In this document: one piece after another, positions 1 to 9,785 of the stretch
How the letters are laid out: the number at the start of each line of letters is the position of its first letter
Numbering within the stretch: the first letter of the stretch is position 1
Assembly: GCA_041500125.1 (NCBI GenBank)
Contig: JBGQLP010000004.1
Coordinates: 9,332-73,331, forward strand
From: Gemmatimonadota bacterium
Lineage (GTDB): Bacteria; Gemmatimonadota; Gemmatimonadetes; Gemmatimonadales; GWC2-71-9
Length of the DNA stretch: 64,000 nucleotides
Direction: 5' to 3'
Notes under the pieces: model-generated
The model's input: only the letters and a program-made list of their open reading frames with translations
What the model was told of the DNA's origin: nothing
Database searches by the model: none
Position numbers and translations under genes: made by a program

Positions 1-157
1 CTCGCGCCCGTTCCGTCGCTCGAAGACTGTCCGCCTCCGCTCGACCCTCACCCACGTCCGCACTTCGCACCCAAGAGCGGGCCGGCCGGCCGCAAGCGGC
101 CCCGATCGCGACCAGCGCTCCGAGAGCCGCAGCCTGAACTCGACCTGACCTGATCAT
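1..157 (-). CDS. Lipoprotein, N-terminal fragment (gene runs off the window start)
   Basis: Absent from the ORF track because it is open at the window edge. Minus-strand ATG at 157..155 with GAGGAGAG 5 nt upstream. Translates MIRSGRVQAAALGALVAIGAACGRPARSW: basic n-region, hydrophobic core, lipobox-like GAAC. Confidence 0.4.
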   Translation of the reverse strand, partial: MIRSGRVQAAALGALVAIGAACGRPARSWVRSADVGEGRAEADSLRATERAR

Positions 158-307
158 GTTGGCTCTCCTCGGGCTGGATGGTGAGTCGGAATACTAGAGC
201 TTCGCGATCAAGGATGGGAACCAGGGATCGTGCCGATTGTTGTCAGATTGATCGGGCGGCCTCTAGGACCGGCCATAGGATCCCACCTTCAGATAATGAG
301 AGTAGCG

Positions 308-1216
308 ATGTCGCTCCGCCCAGTTAAGGAGATCATTCACACCACGCCGACCATCGAGGGCGCCGGCGTGAAACTCCAGCGCGCCTTCGGGTTTGGCAAG
401 ACCAGAGAGTTCGATCCCTTCCTGTTGCTGGATGATTTCCGCAATGAGAACCCATGGGACTATCTGGCCGGATTCCCCTGGCACCCGCACCGCGGGATCG
501 AGACCATCACCTACGTGCTCGCCGGCTCGGTAGAGCATGGTGACAGTCTCGGCAACCGGGGCAAGATGACGGCCGGAGACGTACAGTGGATGACGGCGGG
601 CAGCGGGATCCTGCACCAGGAGATGCCCAAGGGCGACGCCCAGGGACGGATGCACGGCTTTCAGCTGTGGGCCAACCTGCCCTCGACGCTCAAGATGACC
701 GACCCGCGCTACCAGGACATCCCGGCGAGCGCGATTCCCGAGGTCACGGACGACGACGGCACCCGGGTGCGGGTGATCTCGGGTGAGTTCTGGGGAAAGC
801 GGGGGCCGGTGGAAGGCGTGGCCGCCGATCCGAGCTACCTTGACATCTCGGTCCCGCCCGGCAAGCGGAAGCAGCTCAAGGTCGAGACCACCCGCAACGC
901 GTTCGCCTACGTGTTCGCCGGCTCGGGCACGTTCCGCGACGCCTCGGATCCGCAGGCAGTGCTGACCGAATCAGGAGCCGACCCGAATGCGCCGGCCCGG
1001 TACGACGCCAGCAATCACTCGCTGGTGCTGTTTGACCGGGGCGACGAGGTCGTGGTGCGGGCCGGTGCCGAGGGGATCCGCTTCCTGCTGGTCTCGGGGA
1101 AGCCAATCGAGGAGCCGGTCGCCTGGCACGGCCCCATCGTGATGAACACGCAGGACGAGCTGGAGCAGGCGGTCACCGAGCTTAGGGCCGGCACCTTCAT
1201 CAAACGGCGCCCGCCC

Positions 1217-1234
<18 letters not shown>
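308..1234 (+). CDS. Pirin family protein
   Basis: ORF 230..1234. Start moved to ATG 308 (MSLRPVKEI...), a typical pirin N-terminus. Cupin metal-site motif [13 protein letters not shown]; bicupin length. Confidence 0.85.
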
Positions 1235-2632
<1,398 letters not shown>

Positions 2633-2700
2633 CCGGCACGCTCCTGAAGGTGGGATTGGCAGAGTGATAGTGTCTGCGGGCCCGTCTCGCCAGGGGGGTG

Positions 2701-2853
2701 CTATCTGATGCCGTACTCGTCATGCCGGCGCCACCACACGTACGGCGGGGTCTGGGGCCAGCCTTCGGGCGAATCCTCCCAGTCTTCCTGCCGTCCGAGC
2801 GGCGTCAGATCGAGGAAGACGCCCGGCATGGCCTTCCTGTCTTTGGTTTTCAT
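2701..2853 (-). CDS. Small hypothetical protein (50 aa), below the ORF-track length cutoff
   Basis: Hand translation: [53 protein letters not shown] at 2853..2851, TAG at 2703..2701. Lies 32 nt downstream of the 168-aa hypothetical gene on the same strand. GC3-rich codons. Confidence 0.3.
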   Translation of the reverse strand: MKTKDRKAMPGVFLDLTPLGRQEDWEDSPEGWPQTPPYVWWRRHDEYGIR

Positions 2854-2885
2854 GATGCAGGTTCCCCGTCTAATGGGTACGAGTG

Positions 2886-3392
2886 CTAGGCGGGCGGACG
2901 GCGCCGGATCATCTCCGCCACCACCACCCGCAGCCCGGCGACGTCATCCGGGCTTGGCTCGCTGGGAGTCGATTCCCGCTCTGGTTCCTCGTCGCCTACG
3001 GAGTCAACGGTGATCGAGTGCCAGCGGGTTCCGCGGAAGCTGCCGTCCGGCTCGAACCGTCCACCGACGCTCTCTTGACGAATCATGACCGGCGCATCGC
3101 ACTCGGATGGCGGAAGACCTCGGCTCAGCCCCATGCGGTAGAGCACGGCATCGGATGCGCTGAGTAGCGCTCCCTCGCCGTCGAGGATCACCAGGATCAT
3201 GCGTGAGCCGGTCAGGCCGGCCGAGAGGTAGAGAGCCAGTTGCTCCCAGCCTGCCACGGCCCAGCCGGTTGGACTCGCCAGCACCTCAGGCGGAGCAACT
3301 GGTTGCCGCCGAGGCACGGCATCCGCCGGGAGTGGTCCCAGCAGCACGTGCCAGGGAGGCCGCGATGGCGTATCGGAGCTCTGATCTACCAT
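2886..3392 (-). CDS. Hypothetical protein
   Basis: 168-aa ORF with ATG start and plausible composition. No motif I recognise. Acidic and Pro/Ser-rich C-terminal part. Confidence 0.5.
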   Translation of the reverse strand: MVDQSSDTPSRPPWHVLLGPLPADAVPRRQPVAPPEVLASPTGWAVAGWEQLALYLSAGLTGSRMILVILDGEGALLSASDAVLYRMGLSRGLPPSECDAPVMIRQESVGGRFEPDGSFRGTRWHSITVDSVGDEEPERESTPSEPSPDDVAGLRVVVAEMIRRRPPA

Positions 3393-3659
3393 GGTCTTTC
3401 GTTGAATGTCGCGGCGTCACTCGGCTGGTGCCATCTCGCTAGTCCGGATCCTCCTTGCACATTGCCCGGGCGGGGCACCCGGTCTGCCCAAGCATGACCT
3501 CACGGAGGGGATGAGGTCGAGGCTCCATGTTGTTGGTAAATAACTGATTGTCAGCGATGGTCGCGAGACGACATCAACCGCGTAGCTGTTTCACGATCCT
3601 TGCTCAGTTCGGTCCTCCCGCCACCATCAAAACCAGGAGTCGAGGGAGGTCTGAACCAT

Positions 3660-4304
3660 ATGAGCCAGCCATTTTCCGGGATCCCCGATCCAGGCGCCCC
3701 GCGTCCGTTCAAGAGGCGCTTTCAACCGAGTGTCGTGCAGGACATGCTGCGGGCGGCGCTGCACGGTGCGCAGCGGCATTGCGATGGAGCGCTTCGCGGA
3801 GCGAAGCGGTACGGCCAGGAGCTGTGGTACCGGGGCAGGCGCCATCCGCGCACCGTCGGCATCATTGGCGGAGCCGTCGCAGTGACGCTGGTCGGCGCGT
3901 ACGCCCTCAGCGCCTCCGGAGCCGGGCGATCGCTGTGCCCTACGGGTGGCCCGAAGGCGCCGCAGTTTCTCCTGCTGATGGACCCAGTGCTCAATCCGAC
4001 AGCGGGATCGGAGCTGGACATCCATTACGATGTGTGTGGATTGACCTCGGGGACGCCTTATCGCGGTCGGGTGCAACTCTCCCAGCAGAAGCCGGGCGGA
4101 AAGAGCGGAAAGAAACGGTCACCCAAGCCCAAGCCGCTGGTGGCCGCATTCCACGGTAAGGTCGATGGCGTCGCTACCCGCCTGAGCCAGCAGCTGGATC
4201 TCGCTTACACCAAACCAGGCACCTACGCCCTCGAGCTTTCCGTGGTGGATAATCAGGGGCGGGAGCGCAAGCGAGTACAGAAGGTTGTGATCACGGCGAA
4301 GTAA
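3660..4304 (+). CDS. Hypothetical single-pass membrane protein with extracytoplasmic beta-rich domain
   Basis: ORF 3600..4304. ATG 3660 follows GAGGGAGG about 10 nt upstream. One TM (IIGGAVAVTLVGAYALSA), then a beta-strand-like C-terminus (YALELSVVDNQGRERKRVQKVVI). Confidence 0.55.
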   Translation: MSQPFSGIPDPGAPRPFKRRFQPSVVQDMLRAALHGAQRHCDGALRGAKRYGQELWYRGRRHPRTVGIIGGAVAVTLVGAYALSASGAGRSLCPTGGPKAPQFLLLMDPVLNPTAGSELDIHYDVCGLTSGTPYRGRVQLSQQKPGGKSGKKRSPKPKPLVAAFHGKVDGVATRLSQQLDLAYTKPGTYALELSVVDNQGRERKRVQKVVITAK

Positions 4305-4309
4305 TCTCC

Positions 4310-4816
4310 TCACCGCCGGGTGTCGGCGGTGGGGCCGTACAGCGAAGGTAGCGGCACGTTGCGCAGCCGGAGGTACACCGAGAGCTGGCCGCGGTGATGG
4401 ATCAGGTGGCTCAGGATGAAACCGCGCAGGACCGCGGCGCGCGGCATCGAGAATATCGTGGTCCCCCGATTCTTCAGTGTCCAGGTCACGCCCATGGCGC
4501 CGTCGGCTACCGAGCCGAGTGCGGCGCGGGCCTCGCGCACGTGCCGGTCGAACCGCTCGAGCAGCTCCGGAACAGTCGTGAACGGCTCCTGGGCGATCGA
4601 GGCGTTCGCCGGCGAGCCGAGGTCGAGCTCGGGCTGCTCTAGAACGCACTTGGCCCAGAGGGGCAGCGTCGCAATGTGGGCGGCGAGCTCGCCCAGCGGG
4701 GATGACTTGGGATGCGGCTTCCACGCCGCATCGGCTGCGGGCACGACTTCGAGCAGTTTCCGCGTGTTCGCCATCTCATGATCGAACTCGGGCAGCAGGG
4801 TCTGAGCGATGGACAT
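4310..4816 (-). CDS. DinB family protein
   Basis: 168 aa. DinB/YfiT-like four-helix pattern with His motifs (ELAAHIATLP, HLIHHRGQLSVYLR). GGAGG 5 nt upstream of the ATG. Confidence 0.85.
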   Translation of the reverse strand: MSIAQTLLPEFDHEMANTRKLLEVVPAADAAWKPHPKSSPLGELAAHIATLPLWAKCVLEQPELDLGSPANASIAQEPFTTVPELLERFDRHVREARAALGSVADGAMGVTWTLKNRGTTIFSMPRAAVLRGFILSHLIHHRGQLSVYLRLRNVPLPSLYGPTADTRR

Positions 4817-4930
4817 TGTAGCCTCCGTACTGCGACAAGGGCGATGGCCCGAGCGCCCGTTTTCCGCTCCAGGCGAGCCGCCCGCGTTTCGGCCGCCGCG
4901 GACGAATGGTGCGGCTCGCGAGCAGATCCC

Positions 4931-5224
4931 CTATAGTAGCATCTCCCTCAGGGTGACGTGTAGGCTGGAGACTACCGCCCTATCGCTAACCCAGGCGAAG
5001 GTCTGGTCGGTACTGGTGCTACCGGACTCTTCGGCCCCCTCGGCAGCAGCTCGGGCAGGTTCGCCAGCTCCCACCTGCAGGTTCCGCATTACTTCGGAGC
5101 GGTTCATCGCCTGATCGACCAGCCGCCCGACACCCGCGGTGTCAACGACGGGCTGGGGCGCGGCAGTTTGGGCGGCCACAGGAGCGGTGCCGGCCAGGGT
5201 CAGTAGCAAGCACAAGAGCCGCAT
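4931..5224 (-). CDS. Small secreted hypothetical protein
   Basis: ORF 4931..5368 trimmed to ATG 5224, giving signal peptide MRLLCLLLTLAGTAPVAAQ. The remaining roughly 75 aa are low complexity. Weak call. Confidence 0.35.
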   Translation of the reverse strand: MRLLCLLLTLAGTAPVAAQTAAPQPVVDTAGVGRLVDQAMNRSEVMRNLQVGAGEPARAAAEGAEESGSTSTDQTFAWVSDRAVVSSLHVTLREMLL

Positions 5225-5331
5225 GGGCCAGATGCCTTCATGTTCAGGTGGAGGTAAATGCGCCATGGGTTTTATACCGGTGGAACGCCGCCGTGCAAGT
5301 GGCTTCCTTGAGTCCCGCCATCCCTCTATAG

Positions 5332-6708
5332 TTGGAGATGACCACCGAACTCCGAAAGCCTCCACCACTGAGGACCCCGCTCGTGGCCAAGGAAAGCCTC
5401 ACACTCACCGACAACCGCACCGGCAAATCCTACGAGGTGCCGATCGCGGACGGTACCATCAAGGCCACCGATCTGCGCCAGATCAAGGTGTCGGAGGACG
5501 ACTTCGGCATGATGACCTACGACCCCGCGTTCATGAACACCGCCGCCTGCCGCAGCGCCATCACCTTCATCGACGGCGACAAGGGAATCCTGCGCTATCG
5601 CGGATACCCGATCGAGCAGCTGGCCGAGCGGGCGTCGTTCCTGGAGGTGGCGTATCTGCTGTGCGAAGGCGAGCTGCCCAATCGGGAGCAGCTGACGAAG
5701 TGGGAAGAGGAGATCAAGTTCCACACCTACGTCCACACCAATATCACCAAGTTCCTCGAGGGCTTCCGCTACGACGCCCACCCCATGGGCATGCTGCTCG
5801 GCGTGGTCGGCGCGCTCTCCACCTTCTATCCCGACGCGAAGAACATCCACGATCCGGCCAACCGCTACCTCCAGAGGGTCCGGCTCCTGGCCAAGCTGCC
5901 CACCATCGCGGCGTTCGCCTTCCGCCACTCTCGCGGGCTGCCCTACGAGTTCCCCCGGAACGACCTGGATTACATCGGGAACTTCGTGAACATGACATTC
6001 AGCATCGGGGGGCGGCACCAGCCCAACAAGGTGCTGCAGCGCGCGCTGGAGATTCTACTCATCCTTCACGCCGACCACGAGCAAAACTGCTCCACCAGCG
6101 CGGTGCGCGCCGTCGGCTCGTCTCACGTAGACCCCTTCTCCGCGGTGAGCGCGGGGATTGCCGCGCTGTACGGCCCGCTGCACGGGGGAGCCAACGAGGC
6201 CGTGCTCCAGATGCTGGACGAGATCGGCGAGGTGAAGAACATCCCGGCCTTCATCGAGAAGGTGAAAGGCGGCTCCGACCGGCTGATGGGGTTCGGGCAC
6301 CGGGTGTACAAGTCGTACGATCCCCGGGCCAAGCTCATAAAAAAGGTAGCCTACGACGTCTTCGAGCAGACCGGGCTCAGTCCCAAGCTGGAGATCGCGC
6401 TCGAGCTGGAGCGCATCGCGCTGGAAGATGAGTACTTCATCAAGCGGAAGCTCTATCCCAACGTGGATTTTTATTCGGGCTTGATCTACCAGGCCATGGG
6501 ATACCCGACCGACTACTTCACCGTGCTCTTTGCCATCGGGCGGGCGCCCGGCTGGCTGGCGCAGTGGGAGGAGATGCTGCTGGACAAGGACCAGAAGATC
6601 GCGCGCCCCCGGCAGATCTACGTGGGGTCGGAGGAACGGCCGTATCTACCGGTCGAGAAACGAGGAGATAGACGCAAAGTCGAGAGGGAGAGAGTCAGCA
6701 AACGGTGA
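5332..6708 (+). CDS. gltA: Citrate synthase (type II)
   Basis: 458 aa. Motifs GYPIEQLAE, GPLHGGANEAV, GFGHRVYKSYDPRA. TTG 5332 or ATG 5338 as start. 14-aa basic C-terminal extension running into the repeat element. Confidence 0.95.
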   Translation: MEMTTELRKPPPLRTPLVAKESLTLTDNRTGKSYEVPIADGTIKATDLRQIKVSEDDFGMMTYDPAFMNTAACRSAITFIDGDKGILRYRGYPIEQLAERASFLEVAYLLCEGELPNREQLTKWEEEIKFHTYVHTNITKFLEGFRYDAHPMGMLLGVVGALSTFYPDAKNIHDPANRYLQRVRLLAKLPTIAAFAFRHSRGLPYEFPRNDLDYIGNFVNMTFSIGGRHQPNKVLQRALEILLILHADHEQNCSTSAVRAVGSSHVDPFSAVSAGIAALYGPLHGGANEAVLQMLDEIGEVKNIPAFIEKVKGGSDRLMGFGHRVYKSYDPRAKLIKKVAYDVFEQTGLSPKLEIALELERIALEDEYFIKRKLYPNVDFYSGLIYQAMGYPTDYFTVLFAIGRAPGWLAQWEEMLLDKDQKIARPRQIYVGSEERPYLPVEKRGDRRKVERERVSKR

Positions 6709-6783
6709 GAAGTGAGAGGTAAGAAGTGAGAGGGGAGAACCAGCCGCGTCTCCCTCTTACCTCTTACCTCTTACCTCTTACCC
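6705..6783. repeat. Family A heptad palindrome (GTRAGAR arm / CTCTTAC arm), copy 1
   Basis: Left arm GGTGAGAAGTGAGAGGTAAGAAGTGAGAGGGGAGA, apex cagccgcg, right arm TCTCCCTCTTACCTCTTACCTCTTACCTCTTACCC. Fills the whole gltA/speA convergent gap and contains both stop codons. Confidence 0.75.
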
Positions 6784-8757
6784 TTTTCTCTCCCCGCTCA
6801 CGCTCTCTTCTACCGGAACATCGCCTTCCAAGTAGGTGTAGCCTTCGAGTCCTGCGACATAATCCGCGATAAAGCTGTTGGCCTCCTGCCGGCTCAGATC
6901 CTTGGCGTTACCGACCTTGCGGCGGAATGTCGCCAGGAGATCGGAGGCGCTGAACTGCACGTAGTTGAGCACCTCGGTCACCGTGTCCCCATGGACCAGA
7001 TCGGTGACTTCGTAGCCGTGCTCGGTGAGCCGGACGTGCACCGCATTGGTGTCGCCGAAGAGGTTGTGCAGGTCGCCCAGAATCTCCTGGTAGGCGCCGG
7101 TGAGGAAGATGCCGAGGATGTACGGCTGGCCTTCATCCACCGGATGCAGCTCCAGCGAGGGCTTGCCCTTGCGGCCGCCGGTGAAGCGATCGATGACTCC
7201 GTCCGAGTCGCAGGTGACGTCCTGGAGCGTGCCCCGGCGGGTGGGAGGCTCGTTCAGCCGGTGGATGGGCATGATGGGAAAGAGCTGATCGATGGCCCAG
7301 TTGTCCGGCAGCGACTGGAAGACCGAGAAGTTGCAGAAGTAGCGGTCCACCAGGGCCGACTCGATGTGGTTCACGATCTCGGGGAACGAGGTCTTGTCCT
7401 CGCCCATGGCGTTGGAAATGGCGTTCAAGGTGACCAGGTAGAACTGATCCGCGTCCGCCTTGTCCCGGAGGGAGAAGACCCCGCTGGCGAAATATTCCTG
7501 GGCCCGCTCCTTGGCGAACACGACGTCGTGGAAGACCTCCTCGATCCGGTCCTGGGTGAGACCCTCCAGATTCTCCGCCATCTCGACCAGGAGTGGGTGG
7601 GGCTCTTCCCGTAACTTCGGCGCTATGGGCTCGACCTGGGACTCGACGTCGATGACGTTGATCAGCAGCAGCGAATGGTGGGCGGTCAGCGCGCGGCCCG
7701 ATTCCGAGATGATGTGCGGCATCGGCAGCTCCTCGGTCCGGCACACCGAGCCGAGGGTGTACACCACGTCGTTGGCGTATTCCCGCATCGAATAGTTCAC
7801 GCTGGCGGGACGGGTCGAGCGGGAACCCTCGTAGTCCACGCCCAGTCCTCCACCGACGTCCACATGGGTGATGTCGAATCCCATGTTCCGGAGCTCGGCG
7901 TAGTAGCGGCCGATCTCTTCCAGCCCCGCCTTGACGTAGCGGATGTCGGTGATCTGGCTGCCCAGGTGGAAGTGAACCAGCTTGAGGATGTCCTTCCGGT
8001 CCAGACGGTCGAGCCGGTCGAGGAGCTTCATCAGTTCGACCGAGTCCAGTCCGAACTTGGACCGTTCCCCGCCGCTCTTGGCCCAGCGGCCCGAGCCTTC
8101 GGTTGCCAGTTTGATGCGCACCCCAGCGGTCGGCTTGACGTTCATCTCGTCGGCCACCTTGAGCAGGACCTCCAGCTCGCTGAGCTGCTCCAGGACGATC
8201 ATCACGGTGTGCCCCAGCTTCTGGCCCATCAGGGCCAGCCGCATGAACTCCTCGTCCTTGTATCCGTTGCAGACGATGAGATGGTTGGTTCCCTCGTTGA
8301 GGCCAAGCACGGCCTGCAGCTCCGGCTTGCTCCCGCACTCGAGGCCCACCCCGTGCGGGGCGCCGAACTCCACGATCTCCTGCATCACGTGCCGCTGCTG
8401 GTTCACCTTCACCGGGTACACCGTGGTGTAGGTGCCCTCATAGCCGAACTCCTTGATGGCGTTGCTGAACTCGGTGGCGAGCGCCTGGATCCGGGAGCGG
8501 AGGATGTCGGAGAAGCGGAGCAGGAGCGGCAGTCCGACTCCCTGGGCATGGAGGTCCATGGCCAGGTGGTAGAGATCGAGGCCGCGCTTCCGGTTCGCGT
8601 CGGGATGAACGGTGACGTGACCCTCGGGGTTGACCCGGAAATAGCCCAGGCCCCACCCGCTCATGTTGTAGAGCTTCTCGGCGTCCTTGGTGGTCCAAGT
8701 GGGCGGGGCAACGGTCGTGGCGATGGTGGATCTCCTGGAGGGAAGGCGAAGGGGCAA
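6778..8757 (-). CDS. speA: Biosynthetic arginine decarboxylase
   Basis: 659 aa. N-terminal WTTKDAEKLYNMSGWGLGYFRVNPEGHVTVHP and PLP-Lys context TTVYPVKVNQQ. The ORF-track start is TTG 8757. There is an AGGAGA further in, but no canonical start codon follows it, so the start is uncertain. Confidence 0.9.
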   Translation of the reverse strand: MPLRLPSRRSTIATTVAPPTWTTKDAEKLYNMSGWGLGYFRVNPEGHVTVHPDANRKRGLDLYHLAMDLHAQGVGLPLLLRFSDILRSRIQALATEFSNAIKEFGYEGTYTTVYPVKVNQQRHVMQEIVEFGAPHGVGLECGSKPELQAVLGLNEGTNHLIVCNGYKDEEFMRLALMGQKLGHTVMIVLEQLSELEVLLKVADEMNVKPTAGVRIKLATEGSGRWAKSGGERSKFGLDSVELMKLLDRLDRLDRKDILKLVHFHLGSQITDIRYVKAGLEEIGRYYAELRNMGFDITHVDVGGGLGVDYEGSRSTRPASVNYSMREYANDVVYTLGSVCRTEELPMPHIISESGRALTAHHSLLLINVIDVESQVEPIAPKLREEPHPLLVEMAENLEGLTQDRIEEVFHDVVFAKERAQEYFASGVFSLRDKADADQFYLVTLNAISNAMGEDKTSFPEIVNHIESALVDRYFCNFSVFQSLPDNWAIDQLFPIMPIHRLNEPPTRRGTLQDVTCDSDGVIDRFTGGRKGKPSLELHPVDEGQPYILGIFLTGAYQEILGDLHNLFGDTNAVHVRLTEHGYEVTDLVHGDTVTEVLNYVQFSASDLLATFRRKVGNAKDLSRQEANSFIADYVAGLEGYTYLEGDVPVEESVSGERKG

Positions 8758-9010
8758 TTGTAATTAGATCGAGAGGCCGAGGAAAGCGGGTTTCGCGCCC
8801 CAGTCCCAGTAGCGGGCGCGCTACAGGAGCGGTCTGTCAGGCCCACGCCTCACTCGGGAGCGGCCCACTAAATCATTCCGGTACAAGCTCTTCGGCTGAG
8901 TCAGCCCGGCCCATTCTCCCCGGCAGCATCGGCACAAAGATCGCATTCCTGAAGGGGCGTAAGTGCAAGAATCACCACTGCCAAGCTGCTAATCCGCAAT
9001 CGAGGATTGA

Positions 9011-9670
9011 ATGAAACGGTTTTCCGCTGCCACCCAACTCCGGGTTCAACTGGTCTTTGCGCGGGCGCTGGAGGCGCTGGCGGAGACCTATCAACTGCAG
9101 GCGGCCGAGTTCGTCCGCCGACTCAAGTCCCGCCTCACGGTGGACGAAGCGCTCCAGCGTTACTTCCGCGAGGTCGGCGTGCCCGCGGCCCTGGAGGAGA
9201 CGGTTCGGGCGCGCGCGTTGATCTCGTTGTCCGGGCTGATCGAAAACGGCTCCCGGCAGGAGACCCGGGCAACGAACTGGACCATCCTTCGGCCGGACCA
9301 GCTGCTGATGGCGCTGCGCCGGCGGGTGCAGTACGTCGAGGAGACCAATCTCGATTGCCGGCTGGCGGCATCGATCTCGGGCGAGGCCGTGGCCGCGACC
9401 CACGTCCGGATGGCGCTGGAGACCGCCGAGGTGCTGGCTGATGAGGTGGCGCCAAACGAGGCCATCATGCTCTACATCCGCAGCTTCAATCTGCCTTCCA
9501 TCGATGCCCAGGTGGTCTACCGCACGGCGATGGCGCAGTGGGCCGAGCTGCACCCGCTTCCGGGTGAAGCCCAGGCACCGGGACGGCTGCCGGCTCCTCC
9601 GATCACGGCGGGACGCCCCCGGCTCGAGCTGCGTTCCCGTCCTGAGTTCGGCTTGCGGGTGATCGTGTAG
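9011..9670 (+). CDS. Hypothetical protein (predicted all-alpha)
   Basis: 219 aa. ATG with GAGGA 5 nt upstream. Balanced composition, unlike the Arg-rich antisense ORF 8972..9832. No recognisable motif. Confidence 0.6.
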   Translation: MKRFSAATQLRVQLVFARALEALAETYQLQAAEFVRRLKSRLTVDEALQRYFREVGVPAALEETVRARALISLSGLIENGSRQETRATNWTILRPDQLLMALRRRVQYVEETNLDCRLAASISGEAVAATHVRMALETAEVLADEVAPNEAIMLYIRSFNLPSIDAQVVYRTAMAQWAELHPLPGEAQAPGRLPAPPITAGRPRLELRSRPEFGLRVIV

Positions 9671-9785
9671 AGGGAGCGGGGAAGCGGGAAAGCGGGGAGG
9701 CAACAACGAGGTAGCGCAGCGCGGCGCCGTGCCCGGCCGGCTCCCGGTTATGTTTCTCCGGAGCGGACCGAGCGAGGGCGCGGCA

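Noticed and set aside
4931-5368. Idea that the small secreted ORF is the N-terminal remnant of an M28 aminopeptidase (LVDQAMNRSEVMRNLQ resembles the start of such enzymes)
   Set aside because: Similarity is limited to about 15 residues. None of the three downstream frames continues with peptidase-like sequence. Too weak to call a pseudogene.
5139-6431. 430-aa plus-strand ORF overlapping gltA in another frame
   Set aside because: The gltA frame has complete citrate synthase motifs. The alternative frame is Arg/Gly/Pro-rich noise.
6705-6783. Heptad arrays as a possible CRISPR or minisatellite
   Set aside because: The units are 7-8 nt with no spacers. The two arms are reverse complements of each other. 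No cas genes are present. The structure is a palindrome, not a CRISPR array.
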